The notes beneath the pieces were generated by a model. That model was given only the letters and a program-made list of their open reading frames with translations, searched no databases and was not told where the DNA came from. DNA of 58,747 nucleotides from a virus. Its lineage: Duplodnaviria; Caudoviricetes. This document shows positions 26,805-37,664 of this stretch, one piece after another. The stretch's first letter is position 1; each line of letters opens with the position of its first letter. The position numbers and the translations under genes were made by a program. The stretch lies in IMG/VR virus record IMGVR_UViG_3300032334_001918, positions 1 to 58,747 of that record, one strand, 5' to 3'.

Positions 26805-27488
26805 ATGCCATATTTTCAACCATTTCCTCCAATAACTTATTCTTTGGATAATGATAATCAACAGTTTAAGCAAGTAAAAAATATTTTTGCTCGTGTTAAG
26901 CTTCTGAAAGAAGTCTTAGATAATACTGATATGTTCTATACTTATGAGATGAAGGAATCAGATACTCCAGAAATTATAGCGCACAAACTTTATGGAAGTG
27001 CTCATCGTTATTGGATGGTTCTATTTGCCAATGAGGTTATCGACCCATATTACGGAGTTCCTCTAAAATATCAATCATTTGATAACTTCATAATCAGTAA
27101 GTATGGTTCTATTGAAAATGCTCAAGATACTATCTCAGTTTATCGCAAGAAAACCACAGTTACTACTAATAAGAATGGGCTAATAAATTCTCAAACATAT
27201 ATGACTGAACTGACAGATAAGTACTACGACTATGCGACCGGAAGCATAGTGACAATTGATTTTATGCCAGATATAGCCAATCCAATCATCAGCGTATCTT
27301 CCAATACCGTAGTTATAAAAGACTATGATGACATTGATATATCTATAACTACTGCTGTAGAATATTTGGCTATCACAAGTTACGATTATGAAGTTGAGCA
27401 AAATGAGAGCAAGAGAACAATTAAAGTGTTGAAGCCAGATTATGTCGGCTTAATCGAGAATGAATTTGACCACCTATTTAAGAATTAA
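26805..27488 (+). CDS. gp53: Baseplate wedge protein gp53 (LysM-like)
   Basis: YF..FP...Y, DTPEIIAHKLYG...YWMVL..N and NESKRTIK motifs. Confidence 0.9.
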   Translation: MPYFQPFPPITYSLDNDNQQFKQVKNIFARVKLLKEVLDNTDMFYTYEMKESDTPEIIAHKLYGSAHRYWMVLFANEVIDPYYGVPLKYQSFDNFIISKYGSIENAQDTISVYRKKTTVTTNKNGLINSQTYMTELTDKYYDYATGSIVTIDFMPDIANPIISVSSNTVVIKDYDDIDISITTAVEYLAITSYDYEVEQNESKRTIKVLKPDYVGLIENEFDHLFKN

Positions 27489-27490
27489 AT

Positions 27491-28768
27491 ATGTCTGATT
27501 TAAATAATAGCTATGCATATACCCTAAAGAAACTCAACCTCTATACTAGCGGTGGAGATATAATAGACATCAGAAAGATGCATTTGGGTATTGAAATTTA
27601 TGAGGATCTTTTCAGTCCATGCATGACTGCTCAAATTCGCTTAGGTGATGCTCAAGAAATTCTTTCTTTCTTCAAGTTACATGGAAATGAGTTCGTCGAA
27701 ATTGAGCTTGAAAAGCCAACATCCCAGGCAACAATAAAGAAATACTTTAGAGTTTATAAAATTTCAGATCGCGATATGGGCACTAATATACAAAATTATA
27801 CTCTACACTTAGCAAGTGAGGAAATGATCCTTTCTCAGCAAGTGTCAATTTCTAAATCTTACAAAGGTTTAACGATTACTCAAATGATTTCAGATATATT
27901 AAAAACTTATCTGAAGGTCGCAGAAAATAAAATTAAACCACTAACCCAAACAGATGGTGTGTTTGACATAATTGTTCCTCGTATGAATCCATTAGAAGCC
28001 ATACAATGGCTCTCTACAAAGGCATATTCTAATAAAGGAAGCCTGTATTTTTTCTATGAGAATGCAGATGGATTTAACTTTAACTCATATGAAGACTTGC
28101 TAAAGCAAAATTCATATGATACTTTCCACATGAAGGTTAAGTTAAATGATGAGCCAACAGAAAATATGCACTCATTTACCTTCGTTAAGATAATTGAAGA
28201 CTTTGATGTTCTGAAAGCAAGCAGATATGGTTCATTCTCATCGTCTCTTCGCGTTTTAGATATAATTACAAATTCATACGAGAAGCATTATTTTAATGCG
28301 ACTCAATTTAAAAATAAAGGCATCTTAAATAAAGAAGTGACTATGAATGGTCTCTTAAACAGAAACAATAAAACTTTCTATGATAGTTATGATAATATGA
28401 TGAAGTATGTTATTGTAACAGACTCAGACCCAACAAACAACCCAATGAAGCCAGAAAATTGGTTATCACAAACTGCTTCTAAACTAGGACAACTTCATCT
28501 ATTTAAAATAATAGGAACTATTCCTGGAGATACAGGAATAAAAGTTGGAATGATTGTTGATGTTGACGTACAAAAAATTATGCCACAAGAACAAGTTGCT
28601 GAGATAAGCAAAACTCGTTCAGGCAATTATTTGGTCTCAGCCATACACCACAAAATTATAGGCGACGTATATACAACTGTGCTTGAATTATTATCGGATA
28701 GTATCGCTGATTATATGCCAGTTGCAGTAAACAATTCATCTAAACTGAAAGAGATTATAAACTCATGA
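27491..28768 (+). CDS. Baseplate hub protein (gp27 position)
   Basis: IYEDLFSP.MTA, FFYEN.DGFNF, PGD..IKVG and SGNYLVSAIHH motifs; lies between gp53 and gp5. Confidence 0.7.
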   Translation: MSDLNNSYAYTLKKLNLYTSGGDIIDIRKMHLGIEIYEDLFSPCMTAQIRLGDAQEILSFFKLHGNEFVEIELEKPTSQATIKKYFRVYKISDRDMGTNIQNYTLHLASEEMILSQQVSISKSYKGLTITQMISDILKTYLKVAENKIKPLTQTDGVFDIIVPRMNPLEAIQWLSTKAYSNKGSLYFFYENADGFNFNSYEDLLKQNSYDTFHMKVKLNDEPTENMHSFTFVKIIEDFDVLKASRYGSFSSSLRVLDIITNSYEKHYFNATQFKNKGILNKEVTMNGLLNRNNKTFYDSYDNMMKYVIVTDSDPTNNPMKPENWLSQTASKLGQLHLFKIIGTIPGDTGIKVGMIVDVDVQKIMPQEQVAEISKTRSGNYLVSAIHHKIIGDVYTTVLELLSDSIADYMPVAVNNSSKLKEIINS

Positions 28769-30594
28769 TTGAGAAAAATTATGCTGGATTGGATGGGTTT
28801 CTTTGGTGGATGGGTATTGTTGAATCCCGTCAAGATCCTATTTCTTTAGGTAGATGCCAAGTTCGTGTTTTTGGTTGGCATTCTGAAAGTACTTCAGATA
28901 TTCCGAGTGGAGAACTTCCATGGGCTCACCCAATAAATTCATTGAATAGTACATCTTTTTGTACACCAAAAGAAGGTGATATGGTTTTTGGATTTTTTGC
29001 CGATGGAAGAAATGCTCAAGTTCCTATTATTTTAGGAATTATGCCAAATTATCCTTTGACTGGAGGCACATCAACAGATGGATTTAGAGATCCAAGAACA
29101 TCTAGCGAGTTATCTGCTGCTCCAGTGAAACCATCAGAAAAGGCAGAACCATATCCAAGAAAAATTGGTGAACCATCTCTTTCTAGATTAGCAACCAATA
29201 GAACCGTTGCAGGCACAGTAATTTCCGCAAGAAGAAAAAGTCTTGAGAAGTCAATTCCAATTGCTGGTGGAGAAAAGTGGGGTGAGCCATTTCCACCATA
29301 TGATGCAAAGTATCCATATAACCAAGTAGTTGAGAGTGAGTCTGGGCATGCATTTGAGATGGATGATACTCCACATCAAGAAAGAATAAACATAAATCAC
29401 AGATCAGGAAGTTATACTGAGTTTTTCCCATCAGGATCAAAAGCAGAGAAAATTGTTAAAAACAATTATGAAATTGTTTTAAATGACGATTACGTTTTCA
29501 TTAAAGGTAAGTGCAACATTACCGTCGGCGGTGATGCGAACATCATTGTTAACGGTAAAACATTACTAGAAACGAATGAGATGGATATCAATGTTAAGAA
29601 TGACTTTAAGCTTAAAGCTGCTAATATTAAACTAGAAGCAGATAAGGGTGTAGACATATATTCCACAACTAAGTTAAATCTACAAAGTGGCACCATCAAT
29701 GTTAAGGGTGCTGCAAAGGTTGGTATTGGCGCAGCAACAATTGATGTTCCAGCTGCAGCGATTAACTTTCAGTCTGGCTCTGTCGGCTCTGCGTCAAAGA
29801 GTGGACTAAAGACACCTTCTATTTCTTCTTACTCTAGAGAAGATTATGATGAGCCGACTCCTGAAGTTAGGGCAAACTTTTTGTTTGAAGAACCGGAGCA
29901 AGACTCTACAGCATATGTTCAACAAAAAATTGATGAAGGTATCTATAATAAAGAAGATATCGATCAGGCAAAGAATGCGCAACCATTAGAAAGCAATACT
30001 GATAAAGGAAAGGAAACTCCACCTCTATCAACTGATTGTAAAGATATTGATAAGATGACTTCTTTCGATAATAGCCTGCAGTTGTCTCAACATTACACTC
30101 TAGGGAATATGCTGAATACTATAATGTCTAAATCTGTTCTTCGAGATCAAGTTGGTCTTTCAAAGAAAGAAATTGTATGCAATTTAAAGCTTCTTTGCAT
30201 CAATGTGTTAGAACCACTAAAGGCTATGTATCCAGATATGATTGTTACAAGTGCATTTAGAAATAATTCTACTGTTGCTAATGGAGTATCTCAGCATGAA
30301 AAGGGGCAGGCAGCTGATATTCAAATTCCTTCGTATAATAAGACATTAGAAAAATATTATGATGCAGTTTTAAAAATTAGAGATTCTATCGCCCACGATC
30401 AGTTACTGCTAGAATATACAAATACCAGTAAATCTGCTCCGGGAACTTGGATTCATATCACATTCAATCCAAAGGGAAATCGCCCAGCCACAGCAGCAAA
30501 TAAACACCTGACATTTTTGGGTCACAAAACATATAAGGCTGGCTTCCATAAACTGAAGACTGGTCCAGCTCCCGGCAACTTTAGTTATTCATAA
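28765..30594 (+). CDS. gp5: Baseplate spike gp5 with C-terminal Peptidase M15-like domain
   Basis: OB fold (DP..LGRCQVRVFGWH, LPWA), YPYNQV.ESESGH..E.DDTP and beta-helix repeats; C-terminal TSAFR, SQHEKGQAADI and WIHI. Confidence 0.9.
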   Translation: MIEKNYAGLDGFLWWMGIVESRQDPISLGRCQVRVFGWHSESTSDIPSGELPWAHPINSLNSTSFCTPKEGDMVFGFFADGRNAQVPIILGIMPNYPLTGGTSTDGFRDPRTSSELSAAPVKPSEKAEPYPRKIGEPSLSRLATNRTVAGTVISARRKSLEKSIPIAGGEKWGEPFPPYDAKYPYNQVVESESGHAFEMDDTPHQERININHRSGSYTEFFPSGSKAEKIVKNNYEIVLNDDYVFIKGKCNITVGGDANIIVNGKTLLETNEMDINVKNDFKLKAANIKLEADKGVDIYSTTKLNLQSGTINVKGAAKVGIGAATIDVPAAAINFQSGSVGSASKSGLKTPSISSYSREDYDEPTPEVRANFLFEEPEQDSTAYVQQKIDEGIYNKEDIDQAKNAQPLESNTDKGKETPPLSTDCKDIDKMTSFDNSLQLSQHYTLGNMLNTIMSKSVLRDQVGLSKKEIVCNLKLLCINVLEPLKAMYPDMIVTSAFRNNSTVANGVSQHEKGQAADIQIPSYNKTLEKYYDAVLKIRDSIAHDQLLLEYTNTSKSAPGTWIHITFNPKGNRPATAANKHLTFLGHKTYKAGFHKLKTGPAPGNFSYS

Positions 30595-30603
30595 GGTGAT
30601 AAC

Positions 30604-31833
30604 ATGGCATATGTAACATTTCCAGTAGCTCAAATTATCTCAGAACTTAGATCTACCATCATGGATCGTCTCCATATGGGTGGATCATTTTTGCAACAAG
30701 CGCCCAAAGTTACTATCGGTGGGCTTCCTGTCGCAATTCGCCAGGGAGGATTGGGGAGTCTTGGTGCTGCTCTAACTGGTTCTTTAGGGGCATTGGGAGG
30801 TTTAAGTGGACTAACTGCTTTAGCTGGTCAACTAGGAAGTTTAAAAGAATTAGCTAATCTTCCTGGAATAGGAGATCTTAAATCTCTAGCTGGAGGTTTA
30901 AGTGGTCTCGGTGATTCTCTAGGAAATATTGGAGAGTTGGCTGGTAATCTAGGGAATATTGGTGCACTTTCTTCAGTGATGTCTGAGGCTGTGGGGAAGC
31001 TTAGTGATATATCACAACTTGGAGAATTGTCGAATATAGCCGATAGTCTCGGAGGATTAGATGCACTCAAAGATCAGTTATCTCAGGTAGCATCGCAAAG
31101 TTTAAATCTTTCTAGTTTAAATTCTCTGACTGATAAAATAACTACTGGGGGAATCTCAGAACTACTTCAAAATCCTATTGCTGGGCATATTACTGATATG
31201 GTCAGCAAAGTTGACTCTTTAGGTAATCTTTCCTCGGGTCTACTCTCAGAAATAAGCAGTAAGATTAATAGTGTTTCTGGTTCGCCTGTATTAAGTTCTA
31301 CTTTGAATACTGCTATCAATACCACGTTAAGAGGTGCGATTACTACAATAGAAGATCACACTAATGTGTTGAGTGGTATTGTAGATAAAAATGATACGCA
31401 CCCGTTCGGTCTGAATGATATGTTACAGACAGGCACAAATTTAGCAAGTTCTCTGGGAGTCAATCCAGATACATTCATTAAAAGTGCTGGGTCAGCTCTA
31501 TTCTCCGCAACTAATCTCTCTTCAATATCAGATGATATAAATGGGAATATTATAAGAGGAATGAATTCTATTAAGGGTCTGACTCCAGACGGTGGAGCTA
31601 ATGATGCAATAATTCTAGCAACAACAAATAGATTGCTGGGTGACATAAATACACATGCGAGCTCAGTTAATGGAATAGTAACTAGTGACAGAGATACTGC
31701 CAACAGCTATATTGCTTCGGTAAATTCTACATCTCAGGTCGGTACAGTTGCTAACGTGATAAACGCAGACGGATTCTCTTCTTTGAAGGGGATAGTAAAA
31801 TCAGACTATTTGGATCTAGTGACATATAAATGA
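30604..31833 (+). CDS. Hypothetical low-complexity (G/L/S-rich) structural protein
   Basis: 409-aa ORF between gp5 and gp25 with pseudo-repeats such as LGNIGELAGN. Confidence 0.6.
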   Translation: MAYVTFPVAQIISELRSTIMDRLHMGGSFLQQAPKVTIGGLPVAIRQGGLGSLGAALTGSLGALGGLSGLTALAGQLGSLKELANLPGIGDLKSLAGGLSGLGDSLGNIGELAGNLGNIGALSSVMSEAVGKLSDISQLGELSNIADSLGGLDALKDQLSQVASQSLNLSSLNSLTDKITTGGISELLQNPIAGHITDMVSKVDSLGNLSSGLLSEISSKINSVSGSPVLSSTLNTAINTTLRGAITTIEDHTNVLSGIVDKNDTHPFGLNDMLQTGTNLASSLGVNPDTFIKSAGSALFSATNLSSISDDINGNIIRGMNSIKGLTPDGGANDAIILATTNRLLGDINTHASSVNGIVTSDRDTANSYIASVNSTSQVGTVANVINADGFSSLKGIVKSDYLDLVTYK

Positions 31834-32222
31834 CCGAGAATATCAGAAATTATAAAGATATAGATCTTGATTTTATCGCTCATCCAATAACTGGCGATAT
31901 TAACAAGAAGACTGGGATCAATGCGATCGTTCAGTCTTTGAAGACTTTATTATTTCTAAATCACTATGAGAAACCTTTCCACCCAGAAATTGGTTCAAAT
32001 ATTAGAAAAATGCTGTTCGAGAATATCGATCCAGTAACGGCTAATATTTTGGCGAAAGAGATTAAGATAACTGTAGATAACTTTGAACCTAGAGTATCCA
32101 CACGGAACGTCTTCGTTACTGAGAATTATGATGAAAATGGATTTGACGTTACCATAGAATTTATAATAAAAAATACTGCTGAACCAATAGCAGTCTCATT
32201 TTTTCTCGAAAGGTTACGATAA
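31830..32222 (+). CDS. gp25: Baseplate wedge protein gp25
   Basis: YKDIDLDF..HP.TGD, EKPFHPEIGS and FEPRV motifs. Confidence 0.95.
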   Translation: MTENIRNYKDIDLDFIAHPITGDINKKTGINAIVQSLKTLLFLNHYEKPFHPEIGSNIRKMLFENIDPVTANILAKEIKITVDNFEPRVSTRNVFVTENYDENGFDVTIEFIIKNTAEPIAVSFFLERLR

Positions 32223-34283
32223 ATGGCTGCAAAACTTTCTGTTGCTGAATTAGACTTTGATAATATCAAATCTAGTTTAAAAGAGTATCTCCGAAACCAA
32301 AGCGAATTTAGCGACTATGATTTCGAGGGCGCAGCTATTAATGTGCTCTTAGATATCCTAGCGTATAATACGCACTATAACTCTTTCTATCTAAACATGA
32401 TAGCCAATGAGATGTTTCTCGATTCTTCTTCACTAAGACAATCAGTAGTTTCTCATGCTAAATCCATCGGATATACTCCTCGCTCTACAACTGCCGCCCA
32501 AGCATTTGTTAATGTTGTAATTACTAAAGGTGCTTTAGATTCTACCACATCAGTTTTACTCCCAAGATTTTCCAGCTTCACTAGTCAGTCAAAAGATGGT
32601 CAATCTTATATTTTCTTATCGACAGAAGACACAGTAGTTGCCAATGTTGGGTCTACATTTACTTTCTCTAATGTTTCTATTAAAGAGGGTATAAGCTCAT
32701 CATATATTTTTGAGGTTAACACTCAGACTAACCCAAAACAATCATTCGAACTTCCAGATGCAAATATTGACACAAAAACCTTAAAAGTTATTGTGCAAAA
32801 ATCTTCTACAGAAACTGAAAAAGACATATACAATCTCGCCTCAGATTCTACCGAAGTTACGTCAACTAGTAAGGTATTTTATCTAGAAGAGGGTGCAAAG
32901 GGTAAGTATAGAATTTATTTTGGCGATGACATTTTTGGTAAGAAACTCGACAACGGAAATCTTATTGCTGTAACTTACATCAACACTTCTGGCGCAACTG
33001 CAAATGGTTTAAAAACATTTAAATTATCTTCTCAAATTCTTGCTGGATCAACAGCTAATGTGCAAACAACTATCAATTCTTCTGGCGGTTCAATTAGAGA
33101 AACCGTAGATGATATCAAGTTTGCTGCTCCAAAATCTTATATCTCAAACAATAGAGCAGTCACCAAAAATGACTATATTACTCTAATCAACGAGAAATAC
33201 CCATACTTTGATGCAGTTAATGTTTGGGGTGGAGAAGAACAAAATCCTCCTGTGTATGGCAAGGTATTCATTGCTGCAAAACCAAAATTGGGCTATGAGA
33301 TTACTGAGACAGAGAAGTCATATTTAATTAATGAGGTCATAAAACCATTTAGTGTACTTACTGTAACTCCTGAGTTTGTAACAGTGAACTATAATTACTT
33401 ATTGCTAACTGTTGATGTTTCATATGACCCAAGATTGACTGCAAAAACTCCTGGTCAATTGCAACAGGCTATAAAAGAATCAATACTTTCATTCTCTGCA
33501 GATACACTAAACTCATTCACATCAACATTCAAGCTATCAAAGTTATTGAAGTATGTGGATGACACAGATCCTGCAATCACTTCCTCGATCGCTGACGTAT
33601 TCATACAGAAGCAACTAAGTCCAGTTCTTAATAGCTCAGAAAATTATGTGTTAAGATTTGATACTGAACTTCGTCGCGGAGCATCCTCTAAGGATAAATT
33701 GTATAGTACACCAGCATATACACAACAAGATTCTACTGGAATAGAAAGAAGTGTTTTCTTAGAAGAAACTCCGCAATCTTTCTCTGGTATTGAGAGCATT
33801 GAAATACTAACCTCTGGTGCAAATTACACTAAAACGCCATCTATTACAATAAATGGAGATGGTGAAGGTGCAGAATTGAAGCCGATTATTGTAAATGGTA
33901 AGTTAAAGTCTGTAGAAGTTACCTCTATGGGAACAAATTATACAACAGCAATATTGACTGTTGTCAATGCAACTGGGGATACTTCAGGATCTGGAGCCAC
34001 GGCGAAAGCAGTAATCCAAGGTAGAACTGGTATCATAAGAAGCTATTACTTCGACGGAACTGGAGCTAAGAAAATACTTAACGCCAATGCTGGCACAATT
34101 GACTATGTGAATGGTACAATTAATTTAACAAATTTTGCACCAACAGGCGTCGCTGATAATTTAGAAGTTATCAAAATTGCATCTAAACCAAACTCTTTGG
34201 ATTTTGGTTCTTCTCGTTCTACGCTGATAACGCTAGATAGTTTTGACGCATCAGCTGTAATAGTAAACGTTAAAGCAATATAA
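32223..34283 (+). CDS. gp6: Baseplate wedge protein gp6
   Basis: ELDFDNIK, DYDFEG, LAYNTHY, RAVT..DY and WGGE..PP.YGKV motifs. Confidence 0.95.
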   Translation: MAAKLSVAELDFDNIKSSLKEYLRNQSEFSDYDFEGAAINVLLDILAYNTHYNSFYLNMIANEMFLDSSSLRQSVVSHAKSIGYTPRSTTAAQAFVNVVITKGALDSTTSVLLPRFSSFTSQSKDGQSYIFLSTEDTVVANVGSTFTFSNVSIKEGISSSYIFEVNTQTNPKQSFELPDANIDTKTLKVIVQKSSTETEKDIYNLASDSTEVTSTSKVFYLEEGAKGKYRIYFGDDIFGKKLDNGNLIAVTYINTSGATANGLKTFKLSSQILAGSTANVQTTINSSGGSIRETVDDIKFAAPKSYISNNRAVTKNDYITLINEKYPYFDAVNVWGGEEQNPPVYGKVFIAAKPKLGYEITETEKSYLINEVIKPFSVLTVTPEFVTVNYNYLLLTVDVSYDPRLTAKTPGQLQQAIKESILSFSADTLNSFTSTFKLSKLLKYVDDTDPAITSSIADVFIQKQLSPVLNSSENYVLRFDTELRRGASSKDKLYSTPAYTQQDSTGIERSVFLEETPQSFSGIESIEILTSGANYTKTPSITINGDGEGAELKPIIVNGKLKSVEVTSMGTNYTTAILTVVNATGDTSGSGATAKAVIQGRTGIIRSYYFDGTGAKKILNANAGTIDYVNGTINLTNFAPTGVADNLEVIKIASKPNSLDFGSSRSTLITLDSFDASAVIVNVKAI

Positions 34284-34286
34284 AAT

Positions 34287-37200
34287 ATGGCAAATACTAT
34301 TAATAAAATTTCCGATTTGATTGAAAATCAGATGCCTGATTTTATCAGAGCAGATCATCCAGGATTTACCAACTTTCTAAAAGCATATTATGAATGGATG
34401 GAAGACTCTGAGCAGGGTAAAGTTTTATACTCTACTGAGAACATGCTAAACTATGCAGATGTTGACACTACATCTGAGGAATTCTTAACTTATTTTAAAT
34501 CAAAATTTCTACCATATTTCCCAGAAGAAATTCTTGCAGATAAAGCCACTCTCATAAAGAGAAGTAGAGAATTTTATCAAAAAAAGGGAAGCCAGGAATC
34601 TATAAAATTTTTATTTCGTGTTCTCTATGGACAAGAAATTGAATTATCGTATCCTAAAGAACAGATATTAAAAGCTTCTGATGGTAAGTGGTATGTTCCG
34701 CAAGCATTTAAACTCACTGTCTCAAATACTTCCCCAACATTTGACTTAGAGACTTTGAAGAAGAGAAGAGCAGTTGGTTCTGAAACTTCTGCCAGCTGCA
34801 TCATTGAGGGTGCATATAGAACAATAGACGCTGATACAAATCAAGAAATATTTGAGCTCTATGTTTCAAACGTAAATAGAAAATTTACTAATGGTGAAAG
34901 ATTAGAAGTATACTATACTGCAAACACTGGAGATGTTGTATATCTTTTTTCAGAAAAAATCATTGGTTCTCTCTCAAAAATAACTATTGATCCCAATAAT
35001 AGAGGATTAAAATATCGTGGAATTGAACGCGATTCTTTTAATGCCATAACATATGCTGGAGATCCTGTTGTCATAAGTGGAGGTTTATCTACCGAAGATT
35101 CTCAAGTATCAAAAGCAACAGCTGTTGTTAATGAAGTTTCTTCTGGTCAGTTGCAAACAATTGTTGTTACGAATGGTGGATATGGATTTAGACAATCTCC
35201 AGATAGCACAATAACAATTGCCAGCGACACTGGAGTGGGAGCATCTGCACTCATATCAGCAATAGGAACGCCAACAACTGTTTTACAAGTTTCCACTGAC
35301 ATCATTGCACCTTTTGAAAGTGTACAATTAAGTTCGTTAAACTTTGGCTTCGCTAATGATGCGTTTAATACTCCTCCTGCATCAAATGTAGATACTCCAC
35401 TGTGGAAATCATTATCTACTCAAAATATCACAGTAGGACCAATAAAAACAGTAATTATAACAAATTCAGGCACTGGATATACAACAGTTCCTTCTATAGA
35501 TGCATCATCTTATTACACTGCCAATTCAAATACTTCTGTAAATCTTTTAGGTCTCGGTAAAATAGCATACGTTGAGGTTGTTTCTGGTGGAATAGGATAT
35601 AAAAATACATCAGATAGTATTGTTGTCACTGGGGTTGGTACGGGTTCAAATGCATCGTTTTCTTTTGCAAATAATGCTAGTGGAACAATCACTAGCGTAA
35701 CAGTATTGGAAGGTGGAGAAGGATACACAACTACAGATCTAGCAATTTCAACTTCTACAGGTTCTGGTGCGATATTAAAGGCATACAGATATGGTGAGGG
35801 AGATTTACTGGCTGCAACAGTAGATGATGTGGGAAGAATTCAATCATTTAGTCTAACTAATCGCGGCTCAGGATATATTTCAACACCTAGTGTTTCTTTG
35901 AGAGTTAAAGATATTACAATTACTTCTCCTTCTGGGCTGATTAATGAGGGTGATTATGTTTATCAGGGAACTGCACCAACTTCTGGCAATTTTACGTTTT
36001 ATGCTACAGTAGATTCATATAACTCATCGAGTTCTAAATTGAGAATTTATGATTATGTTGGTAATTTAAGTACTAGTGCAAACTTAAAATTCGCATCGTT
36101 TAACGTTGGAATATCTAGTGTAATAACATATGGAAATGGTCAGGCGAGAGCAAACGCAGAGTTCTTAAATGGACTATTGAAGTCTAATGGATATTTCTTG
36201 AATACTGATGGATTCTTAAGCGCTGATAAAAAGCTCCAAGATTCAGATAAGTATCACAATTTCTCATATGTTGTAATTGCAGAAAAGGCATTAGAAACGT
36301 ATCGTCAAGCATTATTAGACATATTGCATCCATCTGGAATGAAGTTGATTGGCTATAATCAGCTGACAAACTCAGAAGACGCTACAGCAAAAGCTACATC
36401 TAATGTGTTCAGTTCTAATACAGCAAATAGTAGTGGTACTGTCGATGTATCAACATATGGATATATTGGTGATGCAAATGTTAAAATGCTTCTTCACTTC
36501 AGTGGATCAGATGGATCTAATAACATAATAGACTCTGTTGGTAACTTTACTATAAACATAGCGAATAATGGTCCAAACCTAGTTACGCAAAATTCAACAA
36601 CAAAATATTCTACTGCGTTTGGAAATACTGCATATTTCCCACCCACATCAACACTTGGTTTCTTAAATTATGCTGGCTCATATCTCAGAGTCAACAATAT
36701 GATTGCGGTTTGCAATGTCGCCAATAATAGTTGGTGCCTCGAAGGTTGGTTCTACTCTAATGACGGCACTAATCGAACTAATGATATATTCTATTACGGA
36801 AATGCTGACGGTAGCGGTAATTACATATACATATATTTTAGCGGAGGAACTAACAAAACTATTGTTGTTAGTGGTTCTGTAGGAGCGACTTCTGTTAAAA
36901 CTAATTATCTCCCAAATACTTGGTATCACATTGCGCTCGTGCACGATTACGTGTCAAAGAGATTTAGAATTTATGCTAATGGAATATTCCAAAAAGAATC
37001 TTCATCGTATATAAGTTCAGCTGAACTTCCGGCAACAGGTAATTTATACATTGGTGGAGACATAAATGTTGTAACCCAACAAAATTTCTTCACTGGATAT
37101 ACGGACGAAATAACATTCCGATATGGAACTGTTGGATATACTGCTAACACTACAGCAGGAAGTGAAACATATACTGAGCCTACTGCACCATTCCAGGATT

Positions 37201-37634
37201 ATAAATTCGCTTCGTTGGTAGCTAATTCTGTTGTCGGAACCGGAACCACATTTACCAGAGCTAAAGCGAATGATTTAATTGTAATTGATACAACCAATTC
37301 TCTCAGAACACAGGTTAAGAAGATTGTTTCTATTGCTAATGATTCAACTTTGTTTATAGAAGGAAGTACTTCTTTTGTTGGCGATGGTCGATTAACTACA
37401 AGTTCAGCAACAAATGTAATAACGATAACTGGAAATACCAATCAGCTTTCGATGACTATTGGAGACTTTATATCGTACAATGTGTCAGCAACATCAAATA
37501 TTGCTAAAATTACAGCAATGTCTGGAAATCAAGTAACTTTGAATGCTGTGCCCATTTCATCAAATACAAATGTTGTTTATATTGTAAACCCAATTTATAA
37601 TGACGTTTCCTTTAGAATTATTTCTACAGATTGA
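34287..37634 (+). CDS. Baseplate wedge protein (gp7-like) with LamG/ConA-like domain
   Basis: FLKAYYEW, FYQKKG, LKASDGKW, QDS..Y..FSY and HPSG motifs; LamG-like WCLEGW...NTWYHIALV...GYTDEI. Confidence 0.8.
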   Translation: MANTINKISDLIENQMPDFIRADHPGFTNFLKAYYEWMEDSEQGKVLYSTENMLNYADVDTTSEEFLTYFKSKFLPYFPEEILADKATLIKRSREFYQKKGSQESIKFLFRVLYGQEIELSYPKEQILKASDGKWYVPQAFKLTVSNTSPTFDLETLKKRRAVGSETSASCIIEGAYRTIDADTNQEIFELYVSNVNRKFTNGERLEVYYTANTGDVVYLFSEKIIGSLSKITIDPNNRGLKYRGIERDSFNAITYAGDPVVISGGLSTEDSQVSKATAVVNEVSSGQLQTIVVTNGGYGFRQSPDSTITIASDTGVGASALISAIGTPTTVLQVSTDIIAPFESVQLSSLNFGFANDAFNTPPASNVDTPLWKSLSTQNITVGPIKTVIITNSGTGYTTVPSIDASSYYTANSNTSVNLLGLGKIAYVEVVSGGIGYKNTSDSIVVTGVGTGSNASFSFANNASGTITSVTVLEGGEGYTTTDLAISTSTGSGAILKAYRYGEGDLLAATVDDVGRIQSFSLTNRGSGYISTPSVSLRVKDITITSPSGLINEGDYVYQGTAPTSGNFTFYATVDSYNSSSSKLRIYDYVGNLSTSANLKFASFNVGISSVITYGNGQARANAEFLNGLLKSNGYFLNTDGFLSADKKLQDSDKYHNFSYVVIAEKALETYRQALLDILHPSGMKLIGYNQLTNSEDATAKATSNVFSSNTANSSGTVDVSTYGYIGDANVKMLLHFSGSDGSNNIIDSVGNFTINIANNGPNLVTQNSTTKYSTAFGNTAYFPPTSTLGFLNYAGSYLRVNNMIAVCNVANNSWCLEGWFYSNDGTNRTNDIFYYGNADGSGNYIYIYFSGGTNKTIVVSGSVGATSVKTNYLPNTWYHIALVHDYVSKRFRIYANGIFQKESSSYISSAELPATGNLYIGGDINVVTQQNFFTGYTDEITFRYGTVGYTANTTAGSETYTEPTAPFQDYKFASLVANSVVGTGTTFTRAKANDLIVIDTTNSLRTQVKKIVSIANDSTLFIEGSTSFVGDGRLTTSSATNVITITGNTNQLSMTIGDFISYNVSATSNIAKITAMSGNQVTLNAVPISSNTNVVYIVNPIYNDVSFRIISTD

Positions 37635-37664
37635 TAAATATAAGAACAAATGGAAGAGAAATAA

